A DNA stretch of 63,814 bases, the filler included, from Octopus bimaculoides (taxonomy: Eukaryota): assembly GCF_001194135.2 (NCBI RefSeq). It is 5 parts of 5 records of this genome, joined end to end, with 100 filler letters (N's around TTAATTAATTAA, not from the genome) between each part and the next. Parts side by side here need not be neighbours in the genome. Positions count along the whole stretch, not along the records: positions 1 to 28,995 come from NC_068998.1; 4 more parts are not named here. The stretch is one strand, 5' to 3'. Under the pieces are notes generated by a model that searched no databases, was not told the origin of the DNA, and was given only the letters and a program-made list of their open reading frames with translations. Of the stretch, positions 1-11,479 are shown piece by piece; position 1 is the stretch's first letter, and every line of letters starts with the position of its first letter. Made by a program: the position numbers and the translations under genes.

Positions 1-157
1 ATAATTTTCTTATGGTTTCTTAAACATTCACTAGAACGAAACTGTACAAATCCAAATATATGGTACCCTAGGCATAACACCTACATGTTGTCTCTTGAGG
101 TCTCTGGGTGAGACTTGGATCCAACTTGTACAAATGCAAAACAAAAGTCAAACATAA

Positions 158-219
<62 letters not shown>
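1..219 (+). mobile_element. 3' end of a non-LTR retrotransposon with (AAT)n tail
   Basis: Non-coding segment ending directly in ~20 AAT units (158-219). It resembles, from memory, the 3' UTR of R4/Dong-like LINEs in octopus; family unverified. Confidence 0.45.
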
Positions 220-220
<1 letters not shown>

Positions 221-233
221 GATAATATCATGG

Positions 234-410
234 AAAATACCTTAGGAATGAGAACCCAGGTTTGAAATTTCCCCAAGACACCTGATGAAGGCTGGAGGGT
301 TTATCAGCCGAAACGTTGTGTTAACAACAAACAAGATGAGGACAAATATCCATCAAATATAAATAATGTAAATAATGTACATAATTCCTTATGTCTTAAA
401 TATAGAACTG
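234..410 (+). mobile_element. Penelope-like terminal repeat fragment containing the hammerhead motif
   Basis: 282-409 recurs inverted at 1801-1926 and partly direct at 1928-2017. CTGATGA...GAAAC motifs are characteristic of PLE termini. Confidence 0.55.
277..322 (+). ncRNA. Minimal type I hammerhead ribozyme motif (Penelope-type)
   Basis: CTGATGA 282-288, extra A289, stem II GGCTG 290-294/CAGCC 305-309, GAAA 310-313, palindrome AACGTT 312-317, stem I GACAC 277-281/GTGTT 318-322. Confidence 0.65.
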
Positions 411-1800
411 TAAAGACCTTGACATCTAATGTTGGTTTTGGTGTGTTTATTAGATCAGAGTGTCTGTTAAATTATAATTGTAACTGTATAACATGCATAT
501 ATACTGTTATTGTATCAAGGTAGATTGAAATGCTCCAGCGCGTATCTGTTTTGAGACTTGTGTGGAGAAAAAATATTACAAGCAATTCCCATGATTTAAC
601 TAAGATTATATTATAACCAATGAGGAATAAATTAGATATCATAATGCAGGGTATACAATGCATGAGAAATGCACGGGGTAGTGCAGATTTCAATTTCATA
701 TATTGTAGTTCTAATGAATCAAGTAGGAACTGAGCTACATAGTAACTAAAACAAACAAACGACGTGATGCATCACACACACTTGATTAAAGATTGTGTAT
801 ACATGGGGATTACTTATTATGATGAGTGTGGGTTAGAAAGGTCTGTAATTATGTTGTAATTGTTTGAAAATGAAGACTGAAACAGTGAATGGTAAAATTA
901 ATATATTCATTCAAGTCTTGTTGTTTTTCAATATATCGACTAAACAATAAGCTCTTGAATGAAACAGGTATGTGTACTGTATGATGGACATTAATGCATA
1001 TCTGTGTGGCATTAGGATTTTCAAAGAAAATTATGAGTTCATTTTGTTTATTATAATGCACGCTATAAAGAATTGTTTTGTACAGAATTTTATTCCTCTA
1101 TAGATTATTTCGGTAGTGATAGTAGGTGCATATATTAATGTGTTTTGGAATTCCAGTATAAATGTTAATGTTTGTAAACTATTATATAAGTATAATTTAA
1201 GCAACGATTGAAAGTTAAACTATGTTCGTGATTATCAAATTGTATCCGTCAATTATTATTTAACAGAACTCTGAGCAAACGTTTCCAAACACAGTGTCGT
1301 TAAGTTAATATTCCTCCTTTTATTGCGATATATGGCACACTTCCAAACTGGGTGGCAGACTTAAAACTATCTTAAGATATTGAATGAATCCTGAAACTCT
1401 TTTTCCTGGGAGACAAGCTGCCAGAATACATCGCTAATTGACAATACAGATGTGAAGAAGAATCTCGATGGAATCGGGCAAAATATATTGCAATATTTTT
1501 CTCACATGAAATCTTGACTAAAAATTCAGCCTGAGGACACTGTCAACCGCCGCCTGATATCAGTACAATAAAGAAAGAGCGTGGATATGTTAGAACTTTC
1601 AAATTTCCCAAAGTTATTTGTCATCAGATTCTTTTTACTAATAACATTAAATGCTATTCACTATGATTTTAAATATCAATTAATTATGCACTGCTTCTAT
1701 TATACCTATATATAAATTGATTTATAGTAACTAACCCGTGGAAAAGCATTGATTAACAATTATGAATTAAGAGCTTGAGGAAAAACATTGCACTTTCTAT

Positions 1801-2017
1801 AGTTCTATATTTAAGAGATGAGGAATTATGTACATTATTTATATTATTTACATTTGACGGATATTTGTCCTCATCTTGTTTGTTTTAACAGAACGTTTCG
1901 GCTGATATACCCTCCAACCTTCATCAATGGGGGTTGGAGCATGTATCAGCCAAGATGTTGTGTTAAAAACAAACAAGATGAGGACAAACATCCGTCAAAT
2001 GTAAATAATATAAACAA
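1801..2017. repeat. Head-to-head inverted pair of the same Penelope-type terminal repeat
   Basis: 1801-1926 is the reverse complement of ~283-409. 1928-2017 is a more diverged forward copy. Confidence 0.8.
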
Positions 2018-2401
2018 TAGCACATCCTGTTGTTATGAATTTTATGTGAACAAAATCTCAGTGACGTACAATAATGTCTAAATGCAATCAAACACGTTTA
2101 ACAGACCTCCCTAAAATGCGTAAATCATTGGCAAAAGCGTACATTTAAATCATTCTTAATGAATCCTAACACTACTCGTAATGTCGCCAAACAAATATAA
2201 TCAAAATAAGAGCAGTATTTTCAAAATATTTTCATATTGCGTTTCAAAGTAGGTCAAAATGTGAATCCTGCTAATTATCTGTGTTTATACATACATACAT
2301 ACATACATACAAACATACAAACATACATACATACATACACATATTTCCACATATAACGTACATATATATGCATCTGAGTGTGTATATGTAGGCAAATGTT
2401 A

Positions 2402-2438
<37 letters not shown>

Positions 2439-4207
2439 TGTAGCTGCATTAGCGAGATGAGACAAGTATTGTTTATATATACTAGATGTCTGAGAGAAAT
2501 ATAGACGAAATTTATAAAATTCATTCAAACTAATGTTCTTTTTCTTAAAAGAAATATAGTGGCTTTCTATGACATTCTAAAATCAATGTTTCTTCAGTGA
2601 AGAGCTCATTGAAAATTATCATATTTATATTTACACATCTGATTAATAAATTTCCAATATTTACATATTTATACAGACATAATGATTTAATAGAAATATT
2701 GATGTTTCATTGAAATCATTTTCCTGCAAATTCACGATATATACTCGTTTATTCTGTGACTCTGGAATTGTTTCCTCTCCTTACGTTTGTTACAAAATGA
2801 TTTCCTTCTTACTAACTCATTCTTCATTACTCATAACTTGAATCTAATCTGATAATCAGATGATAGTCAAATAACTTGTGCTCTATTTCCAATGGAAATC
2901 AATGAATATTGGTAAAATGTAATCAAGTTGGGTACAGAACTCTGCCCTACATCATTAAACTTATTTACACTGAAATTTACTTATATGAGGTTAATTACAA
3001 AAACTACAAGAATTATAAATACAGTAAATATAATAATGATTTATTTATTAAAAACTAAAGCTCACACAAAACCGGCGACAACAGAAGGGTCATAGGAAAC
3101 TGCAATGCCTTATATGTTTAAACAAAAAATGTAAACGAAAACAAAGATGGTGACTAAATGTTAACATAAAAAATTCTATGACACGGTCCTTATTAGAAGG
3201 TCAGATAGATTGAATACGAAATGAGTCCGCAGAAAATGAAGAAATAAGAGGAAACGACTATTAGTCAGCAAGTTGTATAACAGGCATTCTTGCAAACATA
3301 TTGTAAATTAATGTACGGATACAAAAACGATCCAAATAGAGTGTGGGAAGCAGAGCACAATACAGAAACAGCAAAAAGGAGAAAGACATGGGTTTTCAGT
3401 AAAAACGATAGTTATATACATACTTTGATGAGATATAAAAGTTTTAGAGTGAAAGAGAATGATACAAAAAGAAAATATAAATGCATGCATGGTATCAAAC
3501 GTAAGTAGACGTCTAAAGATGTCCTCTCGCATTTCAAGAGAAAGAAAGAAATGCTTCTCAGGTATTAATTGTTATATGTTGTCAAGATATTATTTACCAT
3601 GGTTTTTTGATAACATAATTCCATGTATCTCAGTTTCATGCTCAAAGCAAAGAAACATTCATTCAAATGTTTAATCTCTTCAAAATTAATTAATTCCTCT
3701 TAAATAATCGTTCAATATTTTGAACAGTCGGAAGGCGCATGGTCAGGTGAATGAGGTGCACGAGGATAAATTCGATATTTAGGTTCCTAATATTTTGCGG
3801 ATTGTCTTGGACGATAAACAGTCATGCAATATCGTATAAGAGCAATAACCTTTTAGAACTGATGAATGACGAGCGTTTTGTCTGCAAATTCTAATGCAAT
3901 ATGCAATGCTTCTACTTCGCGGCAAAAAAGTTTCGTATGTATTATTTGATTTATGTTGAACGATTAATGAGTGATGGGCCCATCATATTCCACAACAAGT
4001 GAGCATAGAATTGTTTCTGTTAGTCGTGGTTTGGGAATGGATTTCTCCCTTTTCGTTGGTTTTAAATGTGCTGTTTTCTTTGGATGCGATGAGAGGGAGT
4101 TCCCTTTCCATCAGTTTTAATGATTGTAAAAGAATTGGTTTTGTAGCAAGACTATTTGTTATTGATGAACAGTATACGACTCTTTCATTAACCTGAGAAG
4201 CACTCAC

Positions 4208-4359
4208 CTGTTGAGGCAACAACTGAAAAAGTTCCTCCTTCACGAAATGAGACTTCAGTGAATTTGCTAATACCCGTGCAGTTTGCATTGGATTTTCAAC
4301 AAGTAAGGTTTTCCGAAGCTAAGTGTTGACAGATCATGTTCATCCGTATAGAGAGAAAT
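4208..4359 (-). other. Candidate spliced exon (coding status unclear)
   Basis: Minus-strand acceptor ttttccctttcag and donor CAG|GTGAGT, 152 nt; all three frames contain a stop. Confidence 0.3.
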
Positions 4360-6881
4360 CTGAAAGGGAAAATGACCGGAGCTAAACTAGCCAAAACAAC
4401 GTTAGCATTTCTAAACACGTAAGCGACAATTTCCACAGGCAGAACAATTATTTCTTGCCACTTACCTTAAAGAAGAGGCTCTTTTAAATTCTTAGAGCAC
4501 ACAGTGATTGATATGAATGTGATCTAAAGATATATATATATTAGGATGTTAAAATTGACACTAAATCTTTTATGACATAAATAAAGAAAACACATTGTAA
4601 TGCAAAGCATTGCGACACAATGTTTATTTCATTATAACTATTCAAAAATTATCATCATAGAAATCGTGGTAAAAATTGCGACAGAACATATTTCCAGCCT
4701 AATATATATTCTAATATCTGAAAAATTAAAACTTGATCATCTAGAAATGCACGCATGCAACAGAATATCAGTTGCATGTATATATACACATCGCTTATTT
4801 GATGAACATGAAAAGCAAACAATGAAAAGAAAACAAAAAAACGAGTGGAAGTAAATTATTTCTTTATTCAAATTTGTCGGTGCAGCGTGTAAAACAAATG
4901 GTCATAACAAAACCTTCATTTAAATTGAAACCATAACGGAAGGTGTCTTTATTGGACATTTAATTATTGAATGACATTTACTCAATAAATAAATCTAGAA
5001 ATTTTGCAATGAAGCAGTTCAGGTTAATTTAATTAGACCAAATCACACACACTCACACAACTGAGGGTATTGCATCATGCTTGCATAACATAAAACCAAG
5101 TGAAATTGATGCATTCGCGCTTCATTTCATAAAAAAAATATACATTTGTTAGGAAAAGGGTTACAATCTAATTTGAAATATTTGCAAACAACATAGAAAT
5201 CAGGGGAATCAAAATTGTGTAGGTCATGCAGATAACTAGAGATGCGTGTGTTTACAATATCATCGGATTTAGGCCTCTTTGTTGCGTATCTACCTGACTA
5301 TAAAGAAATATTGGTTCCTCTGGTGGTAGTATTGATTTCAGTATTGATTGCATTAGGAACATCAAGAGGAACTAAGTCATACAAAGTTTCATTCAGAAAA
5401 CTTGGCCGTGTTTCCAGAACTGAATAGCATCCATCAAACTTCAATAGCATTTTGTTAATGCTACTGATGGCAGCAATTCCTTCTTTTCAATACTATTCAT
5501 GCATGTCTGTGCATTCATGGAAAATACTGCAGGCAAATAAGAGCAGTTAGATTTCGAGTAGAATAGCACAGGAACAACAGGAACAATTCACTATAACATA
5601 AAATCTCTAACAAACTCCATGCGTTATGCTACCGAATGTGCCGAATTGCTTTCACAAAGCTCTTTCTTTTCACCTGTTCTTTAAAAAAAAAACAATGTAA
5701 AATACGAAGCTGAAAGGAATGGCGGACCAGAAATATGTTCAATATTCCAGTGGTCGAGAAGTGAAACTGTTATACATATGACATTTCAAGTAGTTACATA
5801 TAACTACTCTTATGCTTGTAGCGTTCACACGTGATATTGACTCTCATAATTGAAAAATAAAAAAAATTGTTGTATAACTATAAACGTATGGTTCTCGAGT
5901 CGGCACATTGGTGTTCTACAGAGGAATTTCACAAAGCTTTATATTCACTTAAACAATTGATCTGTGACATTTAGAGTAAAAAAAAAAATCAATGTCTACT
6001 TAACGTGCACTTGTTAATGATTTGAATGGTCACTATCTTAATTTATGTTTCATAAATATACCTATATAACATATCAAACTCAGACAGAGAGAGGCAGCAT
6101 GTTAATATTAAGCTATTTGTATTTATATATTTGTGCGTAAGCATATCTTATAGGAGAGTTTAGTTTTGATAGAAATTTAAAAAAAAATATTTCAAAGCAT
6201 AATTTTATCGAATTTCTGTATCAGTTAAAGTAGTTAAATTACAGTAAAAAAAAACAAAACAAAAAAAAAAAAAAAAAAAAAAAAAAACTCAGTTTTTCCT
6301 AATTATATTTGTTCTTATGTTTGAAGTAACACAAAAAAGGTTTCATATGTAAGGTGGGCGGTGAAAAGATATTCTATGCTGTGCCATAAAAGGTTAAGGA
6401 GAAAAATCAATAACGAGAAGAATATAATAGCAGTGAAGTAACGAAATATAATTATGGGAAAATTAGAACAGTAGGAAACGCAGAAAGGGAGAAAGTAATT
6501 TTGAAATATTCATGAATGTATAACGGTCCTAAGTCGGATTATGGTGGTGTTTTGCAGTTGAATAATAATTGATTCTCATGTGGCAGAGGATGTACTTTCC
6601 CAGTCACACTGATCTGTTATTTAAATATAGGTTTTGGTTATGGATTTTTCGAGGACCTAACAATTGTCTGTTGTGTATTGATCAAGCCATTTGCATCTTA
6701 TTTTTTCGATTGGCTTTATTTTTGTTTAATTTAATGGTAATTCACTTGATACGTACAGTCTGAAATATTTTCATTAAATATTGATATACATATATATGTT
6801 CTGGTAATTGTACTTTCTAATGCTATGTCTAAATTAGACACACGATAATAACATTTTTGCAGAAATTTCCCTATATTCAAA

Positions 6882-6959
<78 letters not shown>

Positions 6960-7479
6960 TACTGTAAGCTTCTATGTTGAGGTATATAGAGGTGAAATCA
7001 CTCTTACTTTGTAGCAGAAATTTTTAGTGGTCATGAATTTCTTTTATTTACAGGTACCTATATACGTTTAGGACTTGTATGTAATCATATATATATACTC
7101 AGGCGAAATTCCATTCTAGTGTGTGCCAGTAAAAATATTTGTGGAATATTTGACAATCATATTAGTAATAGTACCTAACAATGAAGAAAATCCTTTACCT
7201 TATTGGGATTAGATTGTGTGAAAATTGGCATGGGAACGTTATTATAATACGGTGTCTGTTTTCCTTCCTAGGAGCACGGAATAATTTCTGGAGCAGGTAA
7301 CAACTTAAAAACACTTTCTTTTGAGTCTGCAAAGTAGTATGTGGTGTTTCTTGAAGAAATCATCCGTGGATGATATGATAGATTAGAGAACACTTTATTG
7401 ACTTTGTAGATCACATACTGGAAACCTAAAGATTATTTGATGACAATAACGTATGTTTTTCTGCTATTGGCACAAGAGC

Positions 7480-7650
7480 TAAAATTTAATAATGAAGGAA
7501 TAGTCAGTTAGATCAACTTCAGTGATTAACTTGTACATATTTTATCGACCCTGAAATCTCGGTGGCATTTGAAATCAGAACGTAATGAGTTGGAAGAAAT
7601 ATTGTTAAAGGATTTTGTCCGGCACACTAACAATTCTGCCAGGCCGGGGC
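7480..7650 (-). mobile_element. Degenerate tRNA-SINE, family A
   Basis: Reverse complement resembles the copy at 17137 (ggcagaattgttag...ttcaaat...gggtcgataaaat). Confidence 0.5.
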
Positions 7651-8478
7651 CTTGAAGAATTTCTCAAGTTTATTATTTGGAGTTTGACGATATAATTATC
7701 GGTTGCGCTCTGTAATAGAGAAGCCCGCTTCCCTAAAGATTTCAGGCATTGTGTGCATATGAGAAAGGATTATTATTATTATTGTTATTATTTTTTTATT
7801 ATTGACATTATACGTGAAATCTGCGCTCGAAACATCTCTAATGGTCGTAGGAGAAAGTTTATTATCTTTCACGCGCATAGAAGACCCCAATCATGGTAGT
7901 CAACCATGCGAGACAGCCACCTTTCTCATTGACATGGGCAAAACACCCCTATGAACAATGACACCATCACCAAATCCACCAACACTGCAGCAAGAAGCAA
8001 CGCCAACAGAAAGTTCTAGCGACCGATGTGCTCAGTTGGTGTTTGAACATAAAAAGTAAGAGAGAGATAAGGCCGGGAAAAAATTCTTCTTGTTACAGCT
8101 GTGGTATAACATCTTATATTAAGTTTAACTGCTCTAATGATAACACGGTTGGGTGTAGTAGATAAACATTTCCAAAGAAACATACTGATCAGTGATTCTG
8201 TGTTTGCACTTCAAGTGGCAGCAGAATTCCATGACAACGTGCGCACGTATACTCAGAAATTATGGGGTGGGGGAATATTTAATTCTAGAAATGTGTTAGA
8301 GCAAAGGAGGTAAAAGATTACGAACAGTTACGAAACCGTTACACCGCATGACTAATCACTTATGGTTCCAATCCTGCTGTATGAAATTGGTATATCTATA
8401 TGCGCACTCACTCCAGCGCACACGGTTACAGCCGCTCAATACACGAATTAATACTACCGCATATATATATATATATCA

Positions 8479-8552
<74 letters not shown>

Positions 8553-9187
8553 GCATATACCTATAAATACATACATATGTATGTATATATCGATATCTAT
8601 ATACATATATATATANNNNNNNNNNNNNNNNNNNNNNNNNNNNNNNNNNNNNNNNNNNNNNNNNNNNNNNNNNNNNNNNNNNNNNNNNNNNNNNNNNNNN
8701 NNNNNNNNNNNNNNNNNNNNNNNNNNNNNNNNNNNNNNNNNNNNNNNNNNNNNNNNNNNNNNNNNNNNNNNNNNNNNNNNNNNNNNNNNNNNNNNNNNNN
8801 NNNNNNNNNNNNNNNNNNNNNNNNNNNNNNNNNNNNNNNNNNNNNNNNNNNNNNNNNNNNNNNNNNNNNNNNNNNNNNNNNNNNNNNNNNNNNNNNNNNN
8901 NNNNNNNNNNNNNNNNNNNNNNNNNNNNNNNNTATATATATATATATATACATATACATACATATACATATATACGTATACATTTATATATATGTGTGTG
9001 TGCGTATGTGCGTGTGATGTCTATTGAATTATGACTTTGTGCACTTTGGTATCATCAGGTTGTCTGCCCCACACGTTTTCATAGCACTCTCAGGTATATT
9101 TCTCATATTTTCACTTGCAATAAGCTGCTCGTTTTGTTAATAATGAAATTCCTTCTCCTTGTTGTAGTTGTTTTGACGTTAATAATA

Positions 9188-9202
9188 TTGTTGTTGTTGT
9201 TG

Positions 9203-9261
<59 letters not shown>

Positions 9262-9348
9262 TACTTCTAATCTAATATTTAAACTAGAATATATGAATGT
9301 GAAAGTAAACGATGATGAAGTTAATAATAATATTAATAATAATAATAA

Positions 9349-9410
<62 letters not shown>
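9188..9410. repeat. Compound trinucleotide microsatellites (TTG)n(TTA)n ... (AAT)n(AGT)n
   Basis: Directly visible; they generate the poly-L/poly-S/poly-Y pseudo-ORFs. Confidence 0.95.
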
Positions 9411-9411
<1 letters not shown>

Positions 9412-10474
9412 AAATAATTATAATGGTAACAATAGTAATAAAAGCTTTGTATTGAAATATTTTCCACGCGTGTATAGTAAGAGACTTTGTATTGAGAATA
9501 ATGGACTGAGATGAGATCATTTCCGCTGCCAGTATCGTACTTTTTCAGGGGAATATTCCAGTATAATATCGTCCACAACTAATAATTTCCTGGCTTTCTT
9601 GCTTTTTGTTTTCTCGTTACACATCGCAACGACACCATAATACACATTTAGCTATATATATATATATATATATATATATAATGATTGAGATACTGAAGCA
9701 CTATTTACTTATTGCCTCTAGAAAAAAATACCTTACAATGTGTCATTATGCATACTTCACCATGTGATTTGTGTTTTATTATATTCTATTGACCCTTTTC
9801 CTTGCAGGAATAATACACAACTTAATATGAATTTTTATGGCGAAGACGAAATTACATAGATGGCTGGCAAATATGTCTTCTTTAATTTAGTTTGATTTTT
9901 GTTCAGTGGATTCAAAAATATGTTGAAGAGAATAATTCCATAGAATACAGAATATTTCAGAATCCATGGATGATTCATGACTAAAGTAATAAAAACTCAT
10001 TTAGCCTTTTATATTTCTTCTATCCCTTGCAGTGCATTGCAATACTTATATTCATTATAAATATGTTTATTGGTGGGTGTTGTTTATATATATTTGACAG
10101 CTTTGCTAATCTGTATATTTCTATACATAAAAATATAATAATTTGAATTGAAAAGACGCACATAAAGTCGGACGTTTATAAAATAATGAAATATGTTTAG
10201 AAATGATCCTAACATTTGGGAATTAAAAAAAGTGACTTCTGAACCGCTAAGCTATTGTTCTCTTGTAGAAACCATATCATCATATTAGAATGTTTATACT
10301 TTTAAATTTGTAGTAAGAATTGAATAACTGACAACTGTGCATTCGTGATGATATTCCTCTCTATTGTTTTGTTATGTTGAATAGTGAATTAGATTTCACC
10401 ATTATTGGAAATAGCTATTAATATACTAATATCTAATCGAGTTTGAAAATATAGACGGTTACTCAATCGAAAGC

Positions 10475-11111
10475 TTATGTCACAAGGGATGACATTAATA
10501 CCGAATAAGTCCTCAGCGGTGGGGTTTCAGATCTAAGTGTATAGAATGTGAAAAACATTAAGTAGGAAATTCTACAATTTTGGGGACTCTTCCTGGATTC
10601 TGTCATAGAATGTTCTTTGGAACATTGGAAGTAAGCCACACATTTATAGTGGCTTGAACAAAGTAGAGTTCGTATTTGTAGGTAGGTAAGAAGTTTCAAT
10701 TTATTGCAGAAAACCGGAAAGGATAAAAAGGCAAATCCACCAAGGGAAGGTATGGCGGAAGAAAGTAATTCAACAACGCGGGTTGATGAACCGTAAGACG
10801 TGTGGCCAGAACCTCCTGGAAAATAACCATAGCGAGGGACATTCCACAGTTGAATTAGAACAGTCACAAACAGTGAAAGAAGACATGCACCCAACACCAG
10901 AGCTGAAGACACCTCCGAAAGGGGGTGGCCCCGCCACGTCAAAACGGTAGAGGAGTAGGGGCCGAAACCGGACGTGGTTCCTCCTGATGATGTCTTGAGC
11001 TAACTGGATCATATAAAGGAGCTGTTGTGGTAGCAGACCACGAAACATGGTTGAAATTCCTTCCTGTAAAGTCGTGAATTCAGATGCAGCTAAGTTAGAA
11101 ACATTGTACAT
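10475..11111 (-). other. GC-richer block with overlapping open frames; possible exon
   Basis: 10700-11070 is more GC/CpG-rich than its flanks. Two overlapping minus frames are open (113 aa and >=155 aa); candidate acceptor ctttacag, exon starting at 11063. No homologue recognised. Confidence 0.35.
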
Positions 11112-11389
11112 CTATTAATTCTCGAACAAATACATGATTATTTTTCTAGCCATTTTCTATCGATATAGCTCTGAATATTTGTTTTGAAAAATTGTCATTA
11201 GAAGGATTCGAATGTAAAAGTAATATAAAAGTTTGTGTGTTTCCAGATATTATATTCCACAGGTGGGAAAGAAACACTCCTTCCAAAAATGGTAATGTGG
11301 GTTTACGAGAGCAGGCAATTGTGATCTATGTGTTCAGTAAAATTCTGGTGGTATCAATGAATTTAGTATTTATGTAACCATGCACTTAC

Positions 11390-11479
11390 TCTGCAGAGAG
11401 ACATGGAATGGAGTGGTATCTAAATGCCCATAATAATCCAATGCAAAGCCAGGGTATATAGAGAACTTAAGCCTATGAT
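11390..11479 (-). CDS. Candidate internal coding exon (D)HRLKFSIYPGFALDYYGHLDTTPFHVSLQ
   Basis: Acceptor ccaacag, donor CAGA|GTAAGT, 90 nt, open in phase 1-1. Product unrecognised. Confidence 0.35.

Noticed and set aside
8400-9027. Long ORFs rich in X, YI/HT/CV dipeptides (also 14953-15736, 22967-23688, 26854-27616, 50347-51325, 60724-61882)
   Set aside because: They are produced by N gaps and (TA)n/(CA)n microsatellites, not genes.
9134-9578. Poly-Leu/Ser/Thr/Tyr ORFs
   Set aside because: Translations of trinucleotide microsatellites.
7030-9860. Chain of plus-strand micro-exon candidates (~7032, ~7271, ~9808)
   Set aside because: They can be joined into short peptides in more than one way with no recognisable product; indistinguishable from chance splice-like sites.
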